Source: Hyphomicrobium sp. (GTDB taxonomy: Bacteria > Pseudomonadota > Alphaproteobacteria > Rhizobiales > Hyphomicrobiaceae). From it: a DNA stretch of 64,000 nt. The DNA is taken from contig JALHOF010000020.1 of assembly GCA_022843145.1 (NCBI GenBank), positions 1,514-65,513 on the forward strand, given 5' to 3'. Made by a program: the position numbers and the translations under genes. This document shows, piece by piece, positions 19,666 through 37,410 of the stretch (positions within the stretch are counted from its first letter, which is position 1; each line of letters begins with the position of its first letter). The notes beneath the pieces were generated by a model that saw only the letters and a program-made list of their open reading frames with translations, did not search any database and was not told the origin of the DNA.

Positions 19666-19683
19666 TGTCAATTTATATTGACG
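19666..19683. promoter_or_regulatory. PpsR-type near-palindrome TGTCAATTTATATTGACG (TGT-N12-ACG) overlapping a TTGACG -35-like hexamer upstream of dxs
   Basis: Read directly from the sequence. 16 of 18 nt are identical to the reverse complement of the bchG-operon site at 25650..25667. Confidence 0.5.
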
Positions 19684-19755
19684 TCCATCAATCGTGACGC
19701 TTAGTCTCATGATCGATCCAAACCTCAAGGCTCGTCTGCGGGAGGCTCGTCGACC

Positions 19756-21699
19756 ATGGAATTGCCGGACATCGCCTCCCAACGAAGCGGACCTCGGATC
19801 CAGGCAGTCGACGACGACGCCAGCCGGCGACAGATTCCGCACAATCTCCTCGATGGCATTTCAGATCCAGAGGATCTCCGGCGCCTCCACCGCGGACAGC
19901 TGAAGCAGGTCTCCGACGAATTGCGTCAGACCATGATCGCGGCGGTAGCGAAGACGGGAGGCCATCTTGGCTCCGGCCTCGGTGTCGTCGAATTGACCGT
20001 CGCCCTCCACTATGTTTTCGACACGCCGTCGGACAAGCTGATTTGGGACGTCAGTCACCAGTGTTATCCGCACAAGCTTTTGACCGGGCGTCGGGCGCGG
20101 ATGTCTCGACTGCGCCAGTCGGGCGGGCTTGCCGGCTTCACGTCTCGGGCCGAGAGCGCCTACGATCCCTTCGGCGCAGCCCATAGCTCGACCGCCATTT
20201 CAGCAGCACTCGGGTTCGCCGTGGCACGCGACCTTTCGGCGGGTGACGAGAACGTCGTCGCCATCGTCGGCGACGGAGCAGCGTCGGGCGGCATGGCGTT
20301 CGAGGGCTTGAACAACTTGGGCGCGCAACGCCGCCGGGTTATCGTCATCCTGAACGACAACAACATGTCGATTGCGCCGCCGTCGGGCGCGCTGGTCACG
20401 CATCTCTCCGAATTGCGCGCCCAGATGCCATCACGCGATGATCGCATGGCCGCTCTCGATGGCGGCCAGCCGCCGTCCTTCGCGGCAACACCGACATTGT
20501 TCGATCAGTTCGGCGTCGGCTATTGTGGCCCGTTCGACGGCCACGACGTCGATGAGATGGTGCGCGTGCTCGAATGTGCACGCGATTGGCGCGGTGGACC
20601 GCTCCTCATCCACGTCGTCACCGAAAAGGGCCACGGGTATGCGCCCGCCGCCGCCGCCAAGGACTGCTATCACGGCGTCGCGCGCTTCGACGTCCCGAGC
20701 GGCAAACAGGAGAAGGCGGCCAGCGCCGCGCCCAGCTACACGCGCGTCTTCTCGGATGCGCTGATCCGCGAGGCCGAAATCGATCCCGCGATCGTGGCAA
20801 TCACCGCGGCAATGCCGTCCGGAACAGGCCTCGACCGCTTCGCCGACCGCTTCCCGGATCGTTGCTTCGATGCCGGAATCGCCGAGCAGCATGCCGTGAC
20901 CTTCGCGGCGGGGCTCGCCTGTGGCGACTTGAAGCCGTTCGTCGCGATCTACTCGACATTCCTGCAGCGTGGCTACGACCAGATCGTCCACGACGTCGCA
21001 ATCCAGCGACTACCCGTGCGCTTCGCGATCGACCGCGCCGGCCTCGTCGGAGCAGACGGCGTGACGCATCAGGGTTCATACGACGTGACCTATCTAGGTT
21101 GCCTGCCGGGATTTGTGTTGATGGCGCCCGCCGACGAGGCGGAGCTGTCGCGTATGGTCGCCACGTCCGCACTGATCGACGATCGGCCATCGGCGTTCCG
21201 CTATCCGCGCGGCGATGGATTAGGCGTCCCGATGCCAGACGGCAGCGAGCCGCTAGAGATCGGGCGCGGTCGCATCGTCAGAGAAGGCAGCGACGTCGCA
21301 ATTATCTCCTACGGCACGACACTGGCGCGCGCTTCGGCCGCGGCCGGACTTTTGGCGCAGCTCGGCATCTCGGTGACGGTGGCCGACGCGCGATTTGCGA
21401 AACCCTTGGACAGCCGGCTCGTTGCCACGCTCTCGCGTGAGCATCGATTGCTGGTGACGCTGGAAGAAGGCTCCATCGGCGGTTTTGCAACTCAAGTCGT
21501 CGACAGCCTCGCTCGCGAGACGCGCTCCGGTATCGACCTCGCCCGGCTGCTCCCGCTGCACCTGCCGGATCGCTTCATCGAGCACGGCAGCCAGTCCGAG
21601 CAGGAGGCCTGGGCGGCGCTCGACGCCCGTTCGCTGGCGTCACGTATCGCCGCCGCCGTCGGATGCGTCGAGGCGCGTGAGTTGCTCGCCGCGGAATGA
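19756..21699 (+). CDS. dxs: 1-deoxy-D-xylulose-5-phosphate synthase
   Basis: [45 protein letters not shown], the TPP-binding GDGA..GMAFE..NN motif and a length of 647 aa. Confidence 0.95.
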   Translation: MELPDIASQRSGPRIQAVDDDASRRQIPHNLLDGISDPEDLRRLHRGQLKQVSDELRQTMIAAVAKTGGHLGSGLGVVELTVALHYVFDTPSDKLIWDVSHQCYPHKLLTGRRARMSRLRQSGGLAGFTSRAESAYDPFGAAHSSTAISAALGFAVARDLSAGDENVVAIVGDGAASGGMAFEGLNNLGAQRRRVIVILNDNNMSIAPPSGALVTHLSELRAQMPSRDDRMAALDGGQPPSFAATPTLFDQFGVGYCGPFDGHDVDEMVRVLECARDWRGGPLLIHVVTEKGHGYAPAAAAKDCYHGVARFDVPSGKQEKAASAAPSYTRVFSDALIREAEIDPAIVAITAAMPSGTGLDRFADRFPDRCFDAGIAEQHAVTFAAGLACGDLKPFVAIYSTFLQRGYDQIVHDVAIQRLPVRFAIDRAGLVGADGVTHQGSYDVTYLGCLPGFVLMAPADEAELSRMVATSALIDDRPSAFRYPRGDGLGVPMPDGSEPLEIGRGRIVREGSDVAIISYGTTLARASAAAGLLAQLGISVTVADARFAKPLDSRLVATLSREHRLLVTLEEGSIGGFATQVVDSLARETRSGIDLARLLPLHLPDRFIEHGSQSEQEAWAALDARSLASRIAAAVGCVEARELLAAE

Positions 21700-21757
21700 C
21701 ACCGATCGGTGCGACGCGATCGCGCGTTACGCCGATCGATCGACTCGTTTCAGACTG

Positions 21758-22054
21758 TCATTTTCCGATCCTCAGCCGCGCGCCGATGTCGACGAGGTGC
21801 GCGACGAGGCCGCCGGAGAGCCAGGCGGCGATCGTCTCCCAGCTCGAGCCGGTCAACGCCGCGCGCAAAGCGAGCAGCAGAAATCCACCGGCTGCCAAAT
21901 GCGCGAGTAGGCCGATATCGAGCACCGCCCTGCCCGACCGCGACCGAAGCCAGGCGAGAAGGGCGAGTTCGAGCGCGAGCAACATCAGCGCGATGTCGAC
22001 GATGCGGCCAGACCGCACGAGATCGCCCATCGTCGCGCCGATCAGTTCACCCAT
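21758..22054 (-). CDS. small hydrophobic protein (98 aa, about 3 TM), unknown function
   Basis: Starts 29 nt downstream of the bchP stop on the same strand. No family recognised. Could be a chance ORF in GC-rich DNA. Confidence 0.35.
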   Translation of the reverse strand: MGELIGATMGDLVRSGRIVDIALMLLALELALLAWLRSRSGRAVLDIGLLAHLAAGGFLLLALRAALTGSSWETIAAWLSGGLVAHLVDIGARLRIGK

Positions 22055-22083
22055 ACACGCCCCCGCCCGTCACAAAAGCCGGC

Positions 22084-23295
22084 TCATCGCGGCGCGACGA
22101 GACCGAAGAGATGACCGAGATCCTTGAAGAACACGCGCACGTGCGCCATCGGATCGCGGCGTACGAGCTGCTTGTTCATGTACGACTGCCACGTCAGCCG
22201 CTGTACATCGGGGTCGCGGCACATCGAGACGAATCGCTCACGTCGCTTGTCGCTGCTGTACCAAAAGTACTGCATGATCCCGAGCACCATAAAGACTTGT
22301 CCGTGCTCTTTCATGAAGCGCTTCCGCGCCGTCGCCAGCGCCCGCGCATCACCGGTCTTCACGAGCATCTCAGCGGCATCTGCGGCGAGCCGCCCGCCGA
22401 GCATCGCATAGTAGATGCCTTCTCCTGAGGCCGGCGCGACGACGCCGGCCGCGTCCCCGGCCAAAACGACGTCGCGTCCGTTGTCCCAACGTTTCAAAGG
22501 CTTCAGCGGGATCGGCGCCCCTTCGGTGCGGATCGTCTTCGCACCCGTGAGCCCTGTGGCCGCGCGCAGTTCGCCGACCGCTCCTCGCAACGAGAACCCT
22601 TTCTCGGCACTGCCGACGCCAATACTCGCAGTGTTGCCATGCGGAAAGATCCACGCATAGAAATCCGGAGACAGCTTGCCTTGGTAGTAGACATCGCAGC
22701 GCATTGCGTCATAGGCCTCGCCGGAGATCTCCGGTGCCTCGACGATCTCGTGATAGGCGAACACGAACGGAATCTTCGACGCCCCCGGAACACAATCCTT
22801 GGCGACACGCGAAAGCGCGCCATCGGCTCCGATCACCGCCCGGGCCCGCACACTGCGGCTGTCCGCGCTCGCTCCACATGCGCCAGACTTCAGCGTGAAA
22901 TGAATGCGGGCCATGCCGTCGCCGTCGCGCGTCAGCCGATCGTAAGTGCCCGCCTCGAGCGTCGCGCCCTGCGCGACCGCCCGCTCACGCAACCAGGCAT
23001 CGAAGTCTTTGCGGTCGACCATTCCGACGAAGCCGCCGTCGATCGGCATGTCGACGCGGGCGTCCTGCGGCGAGACCATGCGCGCCGACCGGATCTTGGC
23101 CACGAGAAGATGATCTGGAATGTCGAAGTCCTTGATCGCGCGCGGGGGAATGGCGCCGCCACAGGGCTTGATGCGCCCTGCCTTGTCGATCAGCAGCACG
23201 TTCAATCCGCGGGTCGCGAGATCGCACGCTGCCGTGGCGCCCGACGGCCCGCCGCCGATTACGACGACGTCGTAGATTTCCTGCATGACGGTCAT
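22084..23295 (-). CDS. bchP: geranylgeranyl diphosphate / geranylgeranyl-bacteriochlorophyllide reductase
   Basis: YDVVVIGGGPSGATAA FAD fold, KPCGGAIPPRAI motif and ~400 aa. Possible starts are GTG 23313 (GTGA overlap with the upstream stop), ATG 23295 or ATG 23286. Confidence 0.92.
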   Translation of the reverse strand: MTVMQEIYDVVVIGGGPSGATAACDLATRGLNVLLIDKAGRIKPCGGAIPPRAIKDFDIPDHLLVAKIRSARMVSPQDARVDMPIDGGFVGMVDRKDFDAWLRERAVAQGATLEAGTYDRLTRDGDGMARIHFTLKSGACGASADSRSVRARAVIGADGALSRVAKDCVPGASKIPFVFAYHEIVEAPEISGEAYDAMRCDVYYQGKLSPDFYAWIFPHGNTASIGVGSAEKGFSLRGAVGELRAATGLTGAKTIRTEGAPIPLKPLKRWDNGRDVVLAGDAAGVVAPASGEGIYYAMLGGRLAADAAEMLVKTGDARALATARKRFMKEHGQVFMVLGIMQYFWYSSDKRRERFVSMCRDPDVQRLTWQSYMNKQLVRRDPMAHVRVFFKDLGHLFGLVAPR

Positions 23296-23309
23296 CTGCC
23301 GATCCTCTC

Positions 23310-24677
23310 TCACGAACGCCCTTCGCCGGCCGCCGGCAACATGCTTTCACCGAGCGCGCTCAACCTCGGCTCGGCCAATGTCCCTTCGACCCGCCGGATT
23401 TCACCAACCCGCATCGCGATCAGGGCCGCGACGAGAAATAGCGCGGCCTCCACCATGAACACGCTCGCGTAGCCCACGAGCGGCGATCCGGTGAGCAGGC
23501 GGATCGCATCGGCGGCCGCAGCGCCCGAGAACCCACCGAGGCCGAAGGCGATCGCTTGCGCCGCGCCCCAAAGCCCCATGCGCACGCCTTCGCGCCGCGC
23601 ACGTCCCTGACCGGCCAGCGCCATCATCGAGCCGATCGCGGAGACAGCGAACGCGCCGTTGGCGAAGCCGAGCGCGAACACGGACGTGCGCAACGGCCAC
23701 GTGTCGGGATGAAACCCGCCGAACGACAGAGCAGCCAGCGCGACAGCGGACGCGAGACAACCGGCGACGGTCCACGACTTCAGCGAGCCGACCCGGATAC
23801 CGCGAAAGCCCGTCGCCAACGCCGCGACCGCGATCATGCCCAACAGCACGCCGCCGTGCTGGACGCCGGCGAGCTTGGTGGACTGCCCAGGCGTCAAGCC
23901 GAAGATGGCGCCCGCGAAAGGTTCGAGAATGAGGTCCTGCGCGCTGTAGGCAAACATCGATACCGCGACGAAAATCGAGAACTGGCGGGCCTGCGGCTCA
24001 GACCAGACCTCAGCGAGCGCCTCGCGAAATGCAGGCTTTGACTCTGACGCCGCGTCGACCTGAATGGCGGACGGCTGGCCTTCGACGCCGGCGACGGCGA
24101 CGAGTGCAAGTACGAAGGCGAGCAGCGAGACGACTGCCGTCACCGCAACGAGGCGCAACGTGGAGAACGGATCGAGATAGTGACCGGCCGTTCCCGCGGT
24201 GACGATGAACCCGGCGATCATCATCACCCAAACGATCGTCGCGGCGGCCGCACGCCGTTCGGGCGCGACGCGCTTGGCGAGCAGCACCAGAAGAGACGTG
24301 CCCGCCGCACCAACGCCGAGGCCAACCAGCGTGAAAGCGACGATGGCGAGTGCGACACCCGCCGCCAGATGAAGTTCCATCAATGCCGTCGCGATCGCCG
24401 CGAGTAAACCGCCCACCGCCAGCGTCGCCATGCCGCCGATGATCCAAGGTGTGCGTCGCTGCCCGAGATCCGACCCATAACCCCATCGCGGCCGCGTCAT
24501 CTGTACGGCGTAGTGCAGAGCAACCAGAAAGCCGGGGAGCATCGCCGGCAGCGCCATTTCGACGACCATCACGCGATTGAGCGTCGACGTCGTCAGAACG
24601 ACGATGGCGCCGAGCGCCGTCTGCACGAGCCCAAGCCGAACGATCCCGGCCCAACTGAGTGGCGTGCCGTTCGTCAT
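23310..24677 (-). CDS. PucC/BCD-family MFS protein (the orf428-type gene between bchG and bchP)
   Basis: LGLVQTALGAIVVLTTSTLNRVMVVE signature shared with LhaA/PucC. 12 TM. Trimmed to the ATG at 24675-24677, which forms an ATGA overlap with the bchG stop. Confidence 0.85.
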   Translation of the reverse strand: MTNGTPLSWAGIVRLGLVQTALGAIVVLTTSTLNRVMVVEMALPAMLPGFLVALHYAVQMTRPRWGYGSDLGQRRTPWIIGGMATLAVGGLLAAIATALMELHLAAGVALAIVAFTLVGLGVGAAGTSLLVLLAKRVAPERRAAAATIVWVMMIAGFIVTAGTAGHYLDPFSTLRLVAVTAVVSLLAFVLALVAVAGVEGQPSAIQVDAASESKPAFREALAEVWSEPQARQFSIFVAVSMFAYSAQDLILEPFAGAIFGLTPGQSTKLAGVQHGGVLLGMIAVAALATGFRGIRVGSLKSWTVAGCLASAVALAALSFGGFHPDTWPLRTSVFALGFANGAFAVSAIGSMMALAGQGRARREGVRMGLWGAAQAIAFGLGGFSGAAAADAIRLLTGSPLVGYASVFMVEAALFLVAALIAMRVGEIRRVEGTLAEPRLSALGESMLPAAGEGRS

Positions 24678-25588
24678 GGACCCGCTCCCTCGAGGCCGGC
24701 AACCGCGAATGCGCTGACCATCATGCCGAGCACATAAAGCGAAGTGCCGGTGGCATTGTACCAGGGCGCGTTGGCACGCGGATCTTCCAGCAATCGGAGC
24801 ATCAGAAGGGCTTGCGCAACAAGTGACGCGGCGACCGCCGCTGCAAACAAGGGACGCCCCCATGACAGGAGAAGAATGACGACGACGACTTGCGGGATCG
24901 CCATGACCCAGCAGGCCAGCCGGGCGGCCCGCTCTGGTCCCAGCTGGACGGGCAGCGAATAGACGCCCATGCGCCGGTCGCCCTCGATCGATTTGAAGTC
25001 GTTGAGTGTCATGATGCCGTGCGCGCCGATACTATAGAGCGCAGCGAGCGCAAGAATCTCCCAGCGCGGCATCGCGCCGATCATCAGCGTCGCTCCCGTA
25101 AACCACGGCAGACCTTCATAGCAGGCCGCAACGGCTGCATTGCCGCGCCAGCCATCGAGTTTCAGACGGAATGGCGGCGCGCTGTAAGCCCAGGCGAGAA
25201 CGAGGCCGACGGCCGCAGCGACAAAAACGAGGAGGCCGAGGGCTGCGGCGAAGATCAACGAGAGCGCGGTCCATGCGATGGCGATGCCGAGGCCCCAGCG
25301 GCCTGGAATGCGCCCGGAAGGAATGGGACGGCCGGGTTCGTTGATCGCATCGACGTGACGGTCGAACCAGTCGTTCACCGCTTGGCTCGTACCGCACACC
25401 AGTGGCCCTGCAAGAACGATCCCGGCCAGAATCAGCGCCCAACGTCCATCCAGCGACTGGCCAGCGGACACCGCGCCGCATGCGAACGCCCACATCGGAG
25501 CGAACCATGTGATGGGCTTCAGCAATTCGAGAATGGCAGAAGGATCGGGACGGACTGCCGCGATCGGCTTCAAGCTGGTGTCCGCCAT
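24674..25588 (-). CDS. bchG: bacteriochlorophyll synthase (UbiA prenyltransferase family)
   Basis: NDWFDRHVDAINEPGRPIPSG prenyltransferase motif, polytopic, 304 aa, in the bchG position next to the pucC-like gene and bchP. Confidence 0.92.
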   Translation of the reverse strand: MADTSLKPIAAVRPDPSAILELLKPITWFAPMWAFACGAVSAGQSLDGRWALILAGIVLAGPLVCGTSQAVNDWFDRHVDAINEPGRPIPSGRIPGRWGLGIAIAWTALSLIFAAALGLLVFVAAAVGLVLAWAYSAPPFRLKLDGWRGNAAVAACYEGLPWFTGATLMIGAMPRWEILALAALYSIGAHGIMTLNDFKSIEGDRRMGVYSLPVQLGPERAARLACWVMAIPQVVVVILLLSWGRPLFAAAVAASLVAQALLMLRLLEDPRANAPWYNATGTSLYVLGMMVSAFAVAGLEGAGP

Positions 25589-25649
25589 GTAGGCACCTCA
25601 TCGTCGCTTCAACTTGGCGATGATGAATGCTAAGCGTGACAGTCAATAT

Positions 25650-25667
25650 CGTCAACTTAAATTGACA
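25650..25667. promoter_or_regulatory. PpsR-type near-palindrome CGTCAACTTAAATTGACA upstream of the bchG operon (reverse complement TGTCAATTTAAGTTGACG)
   Basis: Read directly from the sequence. 62-79 nt upstream of the bchG start. Core is GTCAA-N6-TTGAC. Confidence 0.5.
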
Positions 25668-25716
25668 CTTTTTGACGCGCAACGCGCGCCGCGCACTCGC
25701 TGGTGTTGCGCGTCGA

Positions 25717-27123
25717 TTATTCAGCCTCGGAGTCGAGCTCGCCAAGGCCATAGCGGCGCAGCTTCACATACAGACTCTGGCGGCTGAGACCGAGCATTTC
25801 GGCGGCCGACGCGCGATTGTCGCTGGTGAGCTGCAGTGCGGCCTCGATGCACATCCGTTCGATAATGTCGGTGGTTTCCCGAACCAGCTCCTTGAGCGGC
25901 ATGCGGCCGACGAGTTCGGTCAACTGATCGATCGACCGCAACATGGCCTGGCCCTGCGCGGCCACGTTGGTTGTTTCACGTGCCAGCTTGCGCAAGCTCA
26001 GCGCGATGCAGGGTATCGGACCCTGAGTCACAGATACGGCCGAGATCTCGACATTCTCGCGTCCGCCGTACTCGCCGCGGACCGCGGTCATGAAACGGCG
26101 GACCGAGCCGTGCTCACGAATGCTCGCAAACAGGATGTCGACATCGACGTCGACCCGGCCGATCCAACGATCGAGCGGTTGGCCGCGAACCTGCTCCTCG
26201 GTGGCCAATTCGATCATCTCGACGAAGGCCGGATTGGCGGTGAGGATGCGATGATTGGCATCGACGACGACCAAGCCCTCGGGCAAATGCCCGATGACTC
26301 CAAGCGCGATCGACGGCGGTGTGCGGCGAGACGTATCGACGGCCTCCGCACCGAGCGGACGCAGACGGATCAACAGAAAGCCCTGTTGATCCTGCTGGAA
26401 AAGGCTCGCCGACAGACGGACGTTGCGCTGCGCGTTGGCGAGCCCGACTTCGATATCTTCCGCTCTCGGCAATGCCCGCACGCTGGCCACGAGCGACTCG
26501 ACCGCACGGGTATCGCGCGCGCTGAACAAATCCATGACCTGCCGGCCGACAATCCGGCGCGAGCCGTTCGCGAGCATGTCGACGGCCGCGGGATTGGCTT
26601 CGACGATCTTCATCGACGTCGCATCGGCGATCAGAACGGCCTCGCGGGCAAGCTGGAATAACGCGCGATAGCGCGTTTCCGTTGCACGCAATTTGGTGTA
26701 CTCGCGCTCGATCTGCTGCTCGGCTTGAACGAGCCGCTGCTGAAGGTCCGCCACCGCGCTCATCTCGCGACCGATCGCGAGCATGCGGCCTTCGTCGCCG
26801 ATCCGCATCGCGCAGTAGCGGATCGGCATGTCGGACTCACCAGTAATAGGGTGATTGACCTGACGCCAACGCGAAGCAGACGCCGACGTCGCCTCGGCGA
26901 GCATTTCTTGAACTTTGATCCGGCTTTCGACCGTGACCGTATCCGCCCAAGCTCGGCCGATCCAACTTGAACCAGACACAAGCTTGGACTCGCAAGAGAC
27001 GTCGCGAATGATGCCCTTTTTGTCGAGAACGATCGCGACGTCGGACGAAACCGAGACGAGTTGCGCCGCGGTTTCGGCATCCATGTTGCCGAAGCTTTTG
27101 CGCGGAGACTTGAAAGTTTTCAC
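25717..27123 (-). CDS. ppsR: PpsR/CrtJ transcriptional repressor of photosystem genes
   Basis: PAS-repeat architecture plus a C-terminal Fis-type HTH (ASAAEMLGLSRQSLYVKLRRYGL) preceded by a Cys (ERMCIEAAL). Sits in the position downstream of aerR. Confidence 0.9.
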   Translation of the reverse strand: MKTFKSPRKSFGNMDAETAAQLVSVSSDVAIVLDKKGIIRDVSCESKLVSGSSWIGRAWADTVTVESRIKVQEMLAEATSASASRWRQVNHPITGESDMPIRYCAMRIGDEGRMLAIGREMSAVADLQQRLVQAEQQIEREYTKLRATETRYRALFQLAREAVLIADATSMKIVEANPAAVDMLANGSRRIVGRQVMDLFSARDTRAVESLVASVRALPRAEDIEVGLANAQRNVRLSASLFQQDQQGFLLIRLRPLGAEAVDTSRRTPPSIALGVIGHLPEGLVVVDANHRILTANPAFVEMIELATEEQVRGQPLDRWIGRVDVDVDILFASIREHGSVRRFMTAVRGEYGGRENVEISAVSVTQGPIPCIALSLRKLARETTNVAAQGQAMLRSIDQLTELVGRMPLKELVRETTDIIERMCIEAALQLTSDNRASAAEMLGLSRQSLYVKLRRYGLGELDSEAE

Positions 27124-27245
27124 GACATCACCGCTTCACTGCAACGGCCAGAACGACTTTTTCGGAACAGGCTGAACTGATACTCTCACGTGACGTCGGG
27201 CACTTACGACAGAGTCTCATCCCGACGAATACCTCTCAGTTAAAC

Positions 27246-28235
27246 TTATTCAACAGCGACTTGCTGAGAACCGTGCAGGAGTATCGCAATCGCTTCGGCA
27301 ATATCCCGAACGACGCGATCCGCTCCCAATCGGCTCTTCGCGCTGCTGACGAGCGGCGAAGCCGGGCCGCCTACGACAATCTTGACGTCAGGTTGCTGTG
27401 ACGCGATCCGAGTTGCCTCGATAGCCGAAGCCAATTCATCTAGCAAGCTTTCCGAACCGAAGGAAAAACCAATCAGATCATACCGGTTAGCGCGAACGAT
27501 CGATTCAATCTCGCTGACCGCTGTGGGCACCAATACGACATGAATCCCAGCCTGCCGGAAAGCTTCCGCAGCCATATGCAACCCAAGGGTATGCTGCTCA
27601 CCGGGCGTTGCCGTCATCAACACCGTGAAGTTCCCGTTCATGTTCGTCGTCGGCGGCTCACATAGCTCGAACAGGATCCGCTGGATGCGTGAAACGGCAA
27701 GTGTCACTTCGACGAAACTCACCTCGTCGGAGGTCCACATTTCGCCGAGTTGGCGAGCGACGGGCGCCAGCAGCGAGGCGAATAGTCGTTCGACCGGGTG
27801 GCCGCGCATCCTCAACGCGTTCACGTAGCGCAAACCGGCATCGACCGTGTCGTACCGGACAAGTTCCAGCAAATCCGCCACTTCTTTGGCTGAAATCTTG
27901 TCAGGCGCTTGATGCGCCACCTTCATGGCGCGCTTCGCCATGGCGGATGAACGATTGCCGATAGGGGTGGGCTCTACGCAGAGCCGATGCATCAACAGCA
28001 ATCGCGGGATGACGTCGGATTCGATGACCGACACCAAGCTTGCTTCACGATCGTTGCACGCACCATCGAGCTCAGTGTCACTTCCTGTTGACACTTGCTC
28101 GGCTGTCTGCGTTGGCCCGTCGCCTCTCGCCGAAGGTCCGGGACATAACGAGTCTATTTCTGATAATTCGCGCAAAAGCGCGTGCGGTCGAGATCCAGGC
28201 ATTGGATAACTCCGTCCAGTCGTCCTCCCCAACAT
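27246..28235 (-). CDS. aerR: cobalamin-binding antirepressor AerR/PpaA
   Basis: C-terminal B12-binding Rossmann domain with FTVLMTATPGEQHTLGLHMAAEAF (ExHxxG). Immediately upstream of ppsR and divergent from bchF. Confidence 0.8.
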   Translation of the reverse strand: MLGRTTGRSYPMPGSRPHALLRELSEIDSLCPGPSARGDGPTQTAEQVSTGSDTELDGACNDREASLVSVIESDVIPRLLLMHRLCVEPTPIGNRSSAMAKRAMKVAHQAPDKISAKEVADLLELVRYDTVDAGLRYVNALRMRGHPVERLFASLLAPVARQLGEMWTSDEVSFVEVTLAVSRIQRILFELCEPPTTNMNGNFTVLMTATPGEQHTLGLHMAAEAFRQAGIHVVLVPTAVSEIESIVRANRYDLIGFSFGSESLLDELASAIEATRIASQQPDVKIVVGGPASPLVSSAKSRLGADRVVRDIAEAIAILLHGSQQVAVE

Positions 28236-28365
28236 ATCCGTACTCTACGGTACGAACATTGCCATGCCCATCTCGCGGCGGGATGATTTTTTTTCCTTCG
28301 CCGACTGCAGTCAATCACGGCTGCGGCATCTGGGTAAGTACATATCAGATGTGTCCATCTGCATT

Positions 28366-28383
28366 TGTCACTTTGCACTGACA
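28366..28383. promoter_or_regulatory. perfect PpsR palindrome TGTCACTTTGCACTGACA in the aerR/bchF divergent promoter region
   Basis: Read directly from the sequence. Confidence 0.6.
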
Positions 28384-28423
28384 CATCACAGCGCAATTCA
28401 ATGAAAATGTAAACACAGAAGAA

Positions 28424-28441
28424 CGTCAACGTGGGTTGACA
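28424..28441. promoter_or_regulatory. PpsR-type near-palindrome CGTCAACGTGGGTTGACA (arms GTCAAC/GTTGAC) ending in a TTGACA -35 hexamer for bchF
   Basis: Read directly from the sequence. TACACT lies 18 nt downstream as a possible -10 element. Confidence 0.5.
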
Positions 28442-28531
28442 GTCGAAAAGCATCCGCTTTACACTTCGTCCAGTAACCCGCCCGCTGCAGCCGTTAACGT
28501 AGCGCGACAGGACCTGACGGAGACCTGGATA

Positions 28532-36680
<8,149 letters not shown>

Positions 36681-36684
36681 GGCC

Positions 36685-37410
36685 GTGACGATGACCCAGA
36701 GCGCCACATCGCCGATCACGACCTACGAAACCCGCCGCGGCGAGATCGAAGCCTACTTCGATCGCACCGCTGCGGTGACGTGGCAGCGCCTGACTTCCGA
36801 CGTGCCGGTGAGCGGAATTCGCGCCACCGTGCGCGCGGGCCGCGACCGGATGCGCGCAACGCTGTTGTCGTGGCTGCCGGAAGACATGACGGGATGCCGA
36901 TTGTTCGATGCCGGATGCGGCACCGGCGCACTCGCCATTGCCGCCGCCGAACGCGGCGCGTCCGTTGTTGCGATCGATCTTTCTCCCACGCTGATCGGCT
37001 TCGCACGCGAACGCGCCGCTTCCTCGGGTGTACTCGACCGCATCGATTTCCGCGCCGGCGACATGCTTGCCCCACCACCCGGCCGATTCGACCACATCGT
37101 CGCGATGGATGCGCTCATCCACTATCGCGGCCCCGACATGGCCTCGATGGTGGCGAGCCTGGCTGCGCGCGCCGACAGATCGATCATGTTCACCTATGCG
37201 CCGCGCACACCCGCACTGACGGCCATGCACGCCATCGGGCGGCTATTCCCCCGCGCCGACCGTGCCCCGGCCATCGAACCGATCCACGGCACGCGACTTT
37301 CGGCACTGCTGAGCAACGCTCCGGCGCTGTCGGGCTGGTCGGCTGGCCGTGAACTCCGCATCACGAGCGGCTTCTACATGTCATGCGCCAAGGAGCTCGT
37401 GCCGGCATGA
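36685..37410 (+). CDS. bchM: Mg-protoporphyrin IX methyltransferase
   Basis: YETRRGEIEAYFDRTA..W..L and the LFDAGCGTGALAIAAA SAM motif. GTG at 36685 or ATG at 36691. Confidence 0.93.
   Translation: MTMTQSATSPITTYETRRGEIEAYFDRTAAVTWQRLTSDVPVSGIRATVRAGRDRMRATLLSWLPEDMTGCRLFDAGCGTGALAIAAAERGASVVAIDLSPTLIGFARERAASSGVLDRIDFRAGDMLAPPPGRFDHIVAMDALIHYRGPDMASMVASLAARADRSIMFTYAPRTPALTAMHAIGRLFPRADRAPAIEPIHGTRLSALLSNAPALSGWSAGRELRITSGFYMSCAKELVPA

Noticed and set aside
28408-28425. TGTAAACACAGAAGAACG as an additional PpsR site
   Set aside because: Only the TGT half fits and there is no internal dyad symmetry. It overlaps the better site at 28424..28441, so it is probably coincidental.
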